NCBI GenBank assembly: GCA_964605195.1
Contig: CAZSBC010000002.1
Coordinates: forward strand, 3,450-60,269
Origin: an uncultured Spirochaetales bacterium
Lineage (GTDB): Bacteria > Spirochaetota > Spirochaetia > JABMQR01
Length of the DNA stretch: 56,820 bases
Reading direction: 5' to 3'
Numbering within the stretch: the first letter of the stretch is position 1; each line of letters opens with the position of its first letter. The notes beneath the pieces were generated by a model. The model saw nothing but the letters and a program-made list of their open reading frames with translations. It was not told the origin of the DNA and made no database searches. Made by a program: the position numbers and the translations under genes. This document shows, one piece after another, positions 38,728-45,962 of this stretch.

Positions 38728-39283
38728 ACTGAACTCTTCCCTCCAGAATCTCCTGGAACGTAACATCCTGCAGTGTGAAGTCACCCTTGAAGCCTATACC
38801 CCTGACAACCGACCCGTCATCATATACCACCTTGACCATCTCATTGTTGCCGCTGTAGAGGGTACGGTTGCTGTTGTCCCACTGCAGGTGGTCGGCGAAC
38901 AGCTGTGCCTGGCGGACGGTGGCGGTGATGGCAATGTTTCCGCTAAGCTCGGCATCGCTCTGGTTAGTGTCGATATCTGCGATATCGCAGGTGCCCGTTG
39001 CAACCACCTCCCCCCTGCTGTCACGCTGCAGGAAAGAGACTTCAGACAGCAGGGCCCGGTGTTCGCTCTCAAACATCTGCAGCCGCTCCGCTGTTAATAT
39101 AATAGCATGTTCTCCGGTTCGTTCTATGGTGTATTCAGCCGTATCCATGATAAAGTCAGCGATTCTTTCGGTTCCCCCGGACGTGGTAGCTGCAGAGTCA
39201 CCATACTCAAAGGAGCAGGCAGTCCCCAACAGCAGCATGGCTGCCGTACAGAGTGAGAGAGCCCTCCTGCAGGGACGAGTCAT
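38720..39283 (-). CDS. LptC-like protein with a lipoprotein-type signal
   Basis: MTRPCRRALSLCTAAMLLLGTAC (Cys after LLGTA). Size and position (upstream of lptA/lptB) fit LptC, but sequence similarity cannot be confirmed without a search. Confidence 0.45.
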   Translation of the reverse strand: MTRPCRRALSLCTAAMLLLGTACSFEYGDSAATTSGGTERIADFIMDTAEYTIERTGEHAIILTAERLQMFESEHRALLSEVSFLQRDSRGEVVATGTCDIADIDTNQSDAELSGNIAITATVRQAQLFADHLQWDNSNRTLYSGNNEMVKVVYDDGSVVRGIGFKGDFTLQDVTFQEILEGRVQYE

Positions 39284-39302
39284 GGATCCGTTCCCTCTGC
39301 TA

Positions 39303-40919
39303 CTAATCCAGGTCAGCATGCCTGATACTTGCTCCTATGAAACCGGCAAAGAGTGGGTGCGGTTCGATCGGGGTTGAGGTAAACTCAGGATGGAACTGCA
39401 CGCCGACTCCCCAGGGATGGTCGCTCCATTCCACTGCCTCCACCAGCTCCCCGTCAGGGGTGAGGCCGCTGATCTGCAACCCGGCTTCCGTAAGGCTTTC
39501 ACGGTACTTGTTGGCAAATTCATACCTGTGCCGGTGTCGCTCAAAGACTGCGGTACTGCCATAGCTCCGGTAGAGGTTCGTCCCTTCGGATATGCGGGAC
39601 TCACTCCTGCCAAGACGCATGGTTCCGCCCATCTGGGTGATATCGACCTGTTCTTCAAGCAGGCTGATAACCGGGTGTTTTGTCTCCGGCTTGAACTCGG
39701 TGCTGTCGGCATCCTCCAGCTTCAGGACATTTCGTGCATACTCAATGACCATGATCTGCATGCCGAGGCATATGCCCAGGCAGGGTATCCGGTTGGTCCT
39801 GGCATACTCGACTCCCCGGATCATCCCCAGGGTGCCCCGCATACCGAAACCTCCGGGGACCAGAATCCCGTGAATGCCTGCAAAAGCGGCAGAGAGCTCC
39901 TCTTCGCTGAAGTGCTCCACATCCTCGGAGTCGATCTTGACCAGTTCCACCTTGGCACTGTTTGCAATGCCGCCGTGGGTGAGGGCTTCATAGATTGATT
40001 TGTATGAATCCGGGAGGTGTATGTATTTGCCGACTACGGCAATCCTGATGCGCTTTTCGGCATATTTGCAGACGTTCACCATCTGCTGCCACTGCTCCAG
40101 ATCCGGCTTGCCCGCTTCCAGTTCCAGTTTACGGAGGACTATGGCATCCATATTCTGGCGGTTGAAGACCAACGGCAGCTCATAGATCGTCTCCTTGAGA
40201 TCATATCCGATAATGACTGCTTCACGCTCTACATTGGTAAAGAGCGAGATCTTGCGGATTATCTCATTCGAGAGCATCTCCGGGGCACGACAGATAAGAA
40301 TGTCGGGCTGGATCCCGATCTCCAGGAGTTCCTTGACTGAGTGCTGGGTAGGCTTTGTCTTCAGCTCCCCGCCTCCGACAGAGGGAATCAGCGTCAGATG
40401 CACGAACAGGACATTTTTGCGGCCGAGATCGCTGGACATCTGCCGGGCTGCCTCCAGATAGGGGATGGATTCGATATCCCCGACAGTCCCCCCGATCTCA
40501 ATGATCGTCACATCCACACCGGTCTGCTTGCCGACGGTGAGGATCCTCCGCTTGATTTCATCCGTGATATGGGGAATGATCTGCACCGTGCGGCCAAGGT
40601 AGCGTCCCTCACGCTCCTTCTGAATGACCTCCTGGTATATCTGACCGGTAGTTATTGAATTGGCCTTTTTGATGGGAGCCTTGGTGAAACGGGCATAGTT
40701 GCCGAGGTCAAGATCAGTTTCAGCACCATCATCAGTAACGTAGACTTCACCATGCTGATAGGGGCTCATGGTACCGGCATCCACATTGAGGTAGGGATCA
40801 ATCTTGATCATCTGGACGTTCAATCCACGACTTTCAAGCAGATTTGCCAAAGAGGTTGCCGCCAGCCCCTTCCCGAGACTGGAGCAGACTCCACCGCTAA
40901 AAAATATATACTTCTTCAT
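39303..40919 (-). CDS. pyrG: CTP synthase
   Basis: MKKYIFFSGGVCSSLGKG N-terminus, GATase Cys in GICLGMQ, HRHRYE. Confidence 0.97.
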   Translation of the reverse strand: MKKYIFFSGGVCSSLGKGLAATSLANLLESRGLNVQMIKIDPYLNVDAGTMSPYQHGEVYVTDDGAETDLDLGNYARFTKAPIKKANSITTGQIYQEVIQKEREGRYLGRTVQIIPHITDEIKRRILTVGKQTGVDVTIIEIGGTVGDIESIPYLEAARQMSSDLGRKNVLFVHLTLIPSVGGGELKTKPTQHSVKELLEIGIQPDILICRAPEMLSNEIIRKISLFTNVEREAVIIGYDLKETIYELPLVFNRQNMDAIVLRKLELEAGKPDLEQWQQMVNVCKYAEKRIRIAVVGKYIHLPDSYKSIYEALTHGGIANSAKVELVKIDSEDVEHFSEEELSAAFAGIHGILVPGGFGMRGTLGMIRGVEYARTNRIPCLGICLGMQIMVIEYARNVLKLEDADSTEFKPETKHPVISLLEEQVDITQMGGTMRLGRSESRISEGTNLYRSYGSTAVFERHRHRYEFANKYRESLTEAGLQISGLTPDGELVEAVEWSDHPWGVGVQFHPEFTSTPIEPHPLFAGFIGASIRHADLD

Positions 40920-40927
40920 GTAAGAGC

Positions 40928-40956
40928 ATTATACGGAAAAGTGTTTGCAAGTACAA
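40928..40956 (-). promoter_or_regulatory. Candidate sigma-70 promoter abutting the pyrG start codon
   Basis: On the minus strand: TTGTAC (40956-40951), 17 nt, TATAAT (40933-40928). Only 8 nt separate the -10 from the ATG, and there is no SD. Confidence 0.4.
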
Positions 40957-40977
40957 CGGCTGTGAGCCTGAGGGCTG

Positions 40978-41388
40978 TTACTCGGAGAGCACCAGCCGTC
41001 TGACAGAGGGCATGTACTTACGCTTCTTGATTCTGCCGAACAGATAGCCTATTGCGAACCCTGCTGCCAGTCCGGCAAACCCGCCCAGGGCCTGAATGCC
41101 TTCTCCTGCATCCTCAACAAGGCGTCCGGTTACCAGGAACCCGACGAGGAAGAGAAGCAGGGGGAAGATCAGTACCATGAACCCCGAGAAGATGGTTCTG
41201 CCTGGTGGGAGATACACCTCCACTCGGTCTCCGGGTTTGATGTCGAGATCTCCGGGTATGGTGGCGGTGTAGGTATGGGCCTTGATGTTGCAGAACGAGT
41301 TTCCTGCACAGCTTTCACAGGCAGATGCGGTGCAGCTCAGTACTGCCTGGTTGTTCTGCAGCGAAACTACGGTGGAAATTTCTGTCAT
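40978..41388 (-). CDS. RseC/MucC (SoxR-reducing system) family protein
   Basis: N-terminal Cys cluster CTASACESCAGNSFC followed by two TM segments. Confidence 0.7.
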   Translation of the reverse strand: MTEISTVVSLQNNQAVLSCTASACESCAGNSFCNIKAHTYTATIPGDLDIKPGDRVEVYLPPGRTIFSGFMVLIFPLLLFLVGFLVTGRLVEDAGEGIQALGGFAGLAAGFAIGYLFGRIKKRKYMPSVRRLVLSE

Positions 41389-41389
41389 A

Positions 41390-42199
41390 TCACGTTCTCT
41401 CCTCTTCGGGAGTCTCTACCGGAATACGGAGAAGTTCGATTGTTTTTGCCTTCCCGTCACTCCCCAGCTCAATGATCACTCCCTGAGCTTCCAGGTTATT
41501 CCAGCAGTCGGCGGAACGTTCCGGTATCTGGGAGATGAATTTCCTGATTTCTATCTCAGGAGCAAGCCCGCCGACACTGTTCAGGCTGCCACAGCGTCCG
41601 TTGTCCGTGATCACAGCGGTTCCCCCGGGGAATATCCTGGCATCGGCACTGAGTGTTTTTGTATGGGTCCCGACCACTGCCGATACGGTCCCGTCAGCCA
41701 GAAAGAACATGGAGTTCTTTTCTGCCGTTGTGGTGGCATGAAACTGCAGGATCACATAGGGGGTGAGGCTGCGCACCTTCTCTGCCAGTGCCGGCAGGAA
41801 GGTAAAGGGATTGCTGAGGTGGACCCGCTGGAATCCTGACTGGCCCAAGAGGGTGATCACACCAACCTGCAAGTCGCCGGTATCGAACAGACGCCATCCC
41901 CATCCGGGGTTGCCGGGAGGATAGTTTGCCGGTCTGACCATGTAGGAGGCCTTTTTCAGATGCTCCACCATATCCTTCTTGTAGTATGTTTTCTCCCCCG
42001 TGGTCAGGGCATCGATTCCGATCTTCTTCAGATAGATGGAGTGATTCTTTCCTATACCGAAACCGCCGGTAGCTCCCTCACCATTGGCCATGATGAAATC
42101 TATGGGACGCTCCTCCTTCAATTTCCTGACAGCCTGCTTGATTGAATAGATTCCCGGTTTTCCTACAATTTCCCCGAATGCCGCTATGGTTAGACTCAT
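41390..42199 (-). CDS. YmdB-like (TIGR00282-type) metallophosphoesterase-fold protein; metal ligands apparently substituted
   Basis: Collinear with the YmdB family (GKPG, ANGE, VVGTHT, ITD.G), but it has GE for GD, GEG for GEN, GEK for GNH and THTK for THTH. Confidence 0.65.
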   Translation of the reverse strand: MSLTIAAFGEIVGKPGIYSIKQAVRKLKEERPIDFIMANGEGATGGFGIGKNHSIYLKKIGIDALTTGEKTYYKKDMVEHLKKASYMVRPANYPPGNPGWGWRLFDTGDLQVGVITLLGQSGFQRVHLSNPFTFLPALAEKVRSLTPYVILQFHATTTAEKNSMFFLADGTVSAVVGTHTKTLSADARIFPGGTAVITDNGRCGSLNSVGGLAPEIEIRKFISQIPERSADCWNNLEAQGVIIELGSDGKAKTIELLRIPVETPEEERT

Positions 42200-42256
42200 G
42201 CATACAATGTATTGATGTTTGTCCTCTTTGGCAAGCTTGATTTTTCAGCCTATTCC

Positions 42257-42285
42257 TTGCTGAAACGGTTCACAGGGAGTATAAT
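42257..42285 (+). promoter_or_regulatory. Candidate sigma-70 promoter for the PRC-barrel gene
   Basis: TTGCTG (42257-42262), 17 nt, TATAAT (42280-42285). This predicts a leader of about 75 nt before SD AGGAGG. Confidence 0.5.
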
Positions 42286-42368
42286 ATGTATAGATACGGG
42301 GTGGCAGAACGCACCTGCTGTTGTATCCTCATGAGTTTCTGTCATTACTGTAACTCAGGAGGTGGCCT

Positions 42369-43214
42369 ATGCATATTCTCTTACACAATCTGATTGGATT
42401 TACTCTCAAAGCTACGGATGGTGAAATAGGCCGGGTTCATGACCTCTACTTTGATGATGAAACCTGGACTATCCGTTATCTGGTGGTAAAGACCGGAAGC
42501 TGGTTTTCGGGGAGGATGGTGCTGATCCCGCACAGTGAGCTTGGTGATCCTGACTGGGAACACCACCGCTTTGTCGTCGACCTGACTTGCCGGCAGGTCA
42601 AGGAGAGTCCGGATATCGATACCGAAAAACCGGTATATCGTCAGCAGGAGATAATTCTGCACGATTACTATCAGTGGCTGCCGTACTGGAAGGTCGGTGT
42701 GGGCAGTGCCTTCAGTCCAATACCGCAAACGCAGGACCTGGGGAAAGAGAAGCCTGTCGGGGAGGAGGCTGAGACCGGAAAACGTGGGCATGATGGGCAT
42801 CTGCGTTCCCTGCGCCACATTCGGGGATACTATATCCATGCCCAGGACGGGAACATCGGACATGTAGATGACTACATAGTGGACGACTGCTGCTGGAAAC
42901 TGGCCTACATAGTGGCCGATACCCGCAACATCTTCCCCGGCAAGAAGGTGATTCTTCCCGTTGACAAGGTGATATCCGTAGAGTGGCTTGACTACAGCGT
43001 TCATATCAGGATGAACCGGGAAGAGGTGCGGAATGCCCCGGAGTTCAATGCCCTGGATCTTGATGTTGATGAGAATGCCCCCAAGGGGACCTACTGGATT
43101 GCCCTGCCGGCAAAGACCCGCCACAATGCCGATTGTACCTATTACAACAATACGAAGAACGGGTACTTCACCGAGAGGGAAGAGGGGACACCCTGCAGCA
43201 AGTGCGGCGGATAG
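42369..43214 (+). CDS. PRC-barrel domain protein (two PRC-like repeats)
   Basis: LIGFTLKATDGEIGRVHDLYFDDETWTIRYLVV and IRGYYIHAQDGNIGHVDDYIVDDCCWKLAYIV are two PRC-barrel-type segments. Confidence 0.7.
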   Translation: MHILLHNLIGFTLKATDGEIGRVHDLYFDDETWTIRYLVVKTGSWFSGRMVLIPHSELGDPDWEHHRFVVDLTCRQVKESPDIDTEKPVYRQQEIILHDYYQWLPYWKVGVGSAFSPIPQTQDLGKEKPVGEEAETGKRGHDGHLRSLRHIRGYYIHAQDGNIGHVDDYIVDDCCWKLAYIVADTRNIFPGKKVILPVDKVISVEWLDYSVHIRMNREEVRNAPEFNALDLDVDENAPKGTYWIALPAKTRHNADCTYYNNTKNGYFTEREEGTPCSKCGG

Positions 43215-43220
43215 TGATAC

Positions 43221-43247
43221 GGCGGTTGCCGGATCAGGACAACCGCC
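43221..43247. terminator. Hairpin between convergent genes
   Basis: GGCGGTTG-11 nt-CAACCGCC (8-bp stem). No strong U tract. Confidence 0.35.
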
Positions 43248-43267
43248 AGACCTGTTTCTGTGAATGA

Positions 43268-44965
43268 TCAGCCTGTTGTAGTGAGTTCAAAGGGCCAGGC
43301 TGCGAGGCCGCCCTCCATTACCTTCACATTACTGTATCCCAGGCTTTTGAGGTAGCATGCCGCTTCATATCCACGTAGTGAAATTTTGCAGTAGGTGATG
43401 ATCTCTGTCGATTTTTCTGAGGGCAGTTTGTCGGTTGAAGAGCGCAGCATTCCGAGCGGGATCAGATGTTCACCCCGGTCAAGGCGCATGGCCTTAAACT
43501 CATCGGTCCCTCTGACATCAAGGAGGAATAGTTTCTCTCCGCTTTCCAGCCGCCTGTTCACCCCTACGGCACTGATTCCCGTCATGAAGCCGCGCCATTT
43601 GTTTTCAAGCACATGGGCGGCCTGGATGAAGTTGTCAATTGCCGGAGAGAAGGGTGGGGCATAGGGCAGATCAAGGTTAATCAGCTGGGAGATGCGCATG
43701 CTGCCGTGAAGGGCCATAGCTGCCATGGCAAGCCGCTTGGAGACATCCCCGGTCCCAACCGCCTGCATGCCGAGGATACGTCCAGTGGATTTTGCGGCAA
43801 GCATCTTTATGATAATGGGATTTGCTCCCATGAATCCCGGTTTATCGGGGGCGGCATGGATGGAGGTTATGAGGTTCTCGAACCCTTCCTGCTCTGCCAT
43901 CTTTTCAGAGAGACCGGTTCCGCCGGCGGTAAAATCAAAGACTTTGCAGATCCCGGTACCGATTACTCCGTCGTACTCTTCCACATTCCCGAAGAGAGCA
44001 TTCTGGGCCGCCACACGACCCTGCAGGTTGGCTGCATCCCCCATGGGCCAGGGCTGCCGCTCGCGGGTGACGAGATTGGTAATCTCAACACAGTCCCCTG
44101 CAGCATAGATATGGGGATCCGGGGTCTGCATGAACCGGTTGACCAGGACACCTCCCCGGTTGCCTACGGGTAATCCGGCACTCTTGGCCAGGTTGCCGTT
44201 AGGGCGAACTCCGATGGAGAAGATCACATGGTCGCAAGCTATCCTGCGGCCATCCGCCAGCGTTACTCCGGTTACATGCGAGTCGCCTTCTATGGAGGCA
44301 ACTCCCACGCCGGTTATGATGGAGACCCCCTTGGAGCGCATGTGGTTTTCCACCAGCTTTGCCATCTCCCAGTCAAGGAATGAGAGTATCTGATCCAGCA
44401 TCTCGACAATGGTGATCTGGATGCCTGCCAGCTGCAGGGCTTCGCAGGTCTCTATTCCAATGAGTCCGCCGCCGATGATAACGGCTTTCTTGACCCGCTT
44501 TTCGGTGGCGACGGCTTTGAGGCGAATGGCATCTTCCATGCTCTGCAGTGAATCCACTCCGTCAAGCTCTATACCCTGAAGGGGAGGGGTTATGGGAGTT
44601 GCTCCTGTCGCCAGGATCAGCTTGTCATATCCGATTGTGCTGGACTCTCCGGTAGCGAGGTTCTTCACGGTCACCTCTCTGTCTGTGCGGTCAATGGCGG
44701 TAGCTTCTGTCTCAGTCAAGGCCCTGATATTCTTCACTGCGGAAAAGAATCCGGGGTCCCGTGGGGCTCCTGTCGGGGTGGATATGAGTTTATTCGGATC
44801 ATCAAATACCCCTCCGACAAAGTAGGGGTATCCGCAGGATGCCATGCTGAGGTATTTTCCTTTTTGAACGATAGTTATTTCAGCATCCTGATCGTGACGC
44901 CTGATTTTGGATGCCGCCTTCGTTCCTGCGGCAGATCCACCAACAATTACATATTTCTTTGCCAT
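43268..44965 (-). CDS. CoA-disulfide reductase / NAD(P)H persulfide reductase-like flavoprotein fused to a C-terminal rhodanese domain
   Basis: VIVGGSAAG FAD motif, single redox Cys in SMASCGYPY, GGGLIGIE NAD motif, and a C-terminal rhodanese domain with YCKISLRG. ATG at 44965 is preferred over the ORF-track start at 45025. Confidence 0.8.
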   Translation of the reverse strand: MAKKYVIVGGSAAGTKAASKIRRHDQDAEITIVQKGKYLSMASCGYPYFVGGVFDDPNKLISTPTGAPRDPGFFSAVKNIRALTETEATAIDRTDREVTVKNLATGESSTIGYDKLILATGATPITPPLQGIELDGVDSLQSMEDAIRLKAVATEKRVKKAVIIGGGLIGIETCEALQLAGIQITIVEMLDQILSFLDWEMAKLVENHMRSKGVSIITGVGVASIEGDSHVTGVTLADGRRIACDHVIFSIGVRPNGNLAKSAGLPVGNRGGVLVNRFMQTPDPHIYAAGDCVEITNLVTRERQPWPMGDAANLQGRVAAQNALFGNVEEYDGVIGTGICKVFDFTAGGTGLSEKMAEQEGFENLITSIHAAPDKPGFMGANPIIIKMLAAKSTGRILGMQAVGTGDVSKRLAMAAMALHGSMRISQLINLDLPYAPPFSPAIDNFIQAAHVLENKWRGFMTGISAVGVNRRLESGEKLFLLDVRGTDEFKAMRLDRGEHLIPLGMLRSSTDKLPSEKSTEIITYCKISLRGYEAACYLKSLGYSNVKVMEGGLAAWPFELTTTG

Positions 44966-45200
44966 AATACTACTCCTTAATAATGAACATATGTCAAAAA
45001 TAGGCGGGGGTAGAAGTCCTGTCAAGGGATGGCGGGGCTTCTGAGGTGAATAGCAGCATGATAGATTTTCGGCATGTTAATAAATCTTAATGTTGCTGCA
45101 ACAGCTTCTTAATGACGGTGAAGTAGCTTTGTATCACAGACAAAACGGAGGTTCTGAAATGCGTAAAGCCCTCCGGAAAAAAATTATAGGAGTTTCTATT

Positions 45201-45800
45201 ATGAAAAAGATTACGATGATATTACTGGTCCTGATGGTAGCCGCAACGGCGCTCTTCGCAAACGGTATGCGTGAAAATGCCCCAAGGGCTGAGGAGCCGG
45301 GCTTCGGCAGGATCAGCGGTGAAGCGGTTACCCTGGAAGGGATTATAGAAGTTACGGATGATGCCGTACTGCTGAATGCGGACGAAGAGAGCTATGCGCT
45401 TTCAATGCAGCGTGGAGCTTTGCTTGATGTTGAACAGTATGATGCCGTTGTGGCGGAAATTACCGGTCTGCTCACCGATTGTGACGTATGTGACTATGAC
45501 GGGCACATCATGGTCTACTCTGCAGTAGTGGAGGGAGAAGAGGTTGCAGCCGGAGATTACTATGGAGCCGGCCGAATGGGATATTCCCGGATGGATGACA
45601 AAGGGTTTGGCAACTTTCGTGATGCAGGAGTAGCTGGTCGGGCCCAGCAGAACTGGCAGGATGCAGATGACTACCGGGGTTCGCGCGGCAATGCTGGCGG
45701 CAGAAGCTCCGGCGGACGCCATCCGATGGACCGCAATACAATGATGCGTGGGAATGCTGACACCGGCAGAGGCGGTTTCGGAGCACGTCAGGTCCTGTAG
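45201..45800 (+). CDS. Secreted hypothetical protein with a Gly/Arg-rich low-complexity tail
   Basis: Signal peptide MKKITMILLVLMVAATALFA, SD TAGGAG. No family recognised. Confidence 0.55.
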   Translation: MKKITMILLVLMVAATALFANGMRENAPRAEEPGFGRISGEAVTLEGIIEVTDDAVLLNADEESYALSMQRGALLDVEQYDAVVAEITGLLTDCDVCDYDGHIMVYSAVVEGEEVAAGDYYGAGRMGYSRMDDKGFGNFRDAGVAGRAQQNWQDADDYRGSRGNAGGRSSGGRHPMDRNTMMRGNADTGRGGFGARQVL

Positions 45801-45840
45801 TATGTTGCCGGTACAGTAAGGAAGGTACTGCACAACCAAC

Positions 45841-45870
45841 GGGGCAGGCACTCATGAGAGGGCCTGCCCC
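45841..45870. terminator. Hairpin terminator candidate between convergent genes
   Basis: GGGGCAGGC-12 nt-GCCTGCCCC, then GATTTGT. Confidence 0.45.
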
Positions 45871-45962
45871 GATTTGTCAGTACCGAGCCATACTGTGTAT
45901 CTTTCATTGGACACTCTTTCACATACTGCGGAGTATCGGTTGAAACTGTATCAGAGGGTAAA

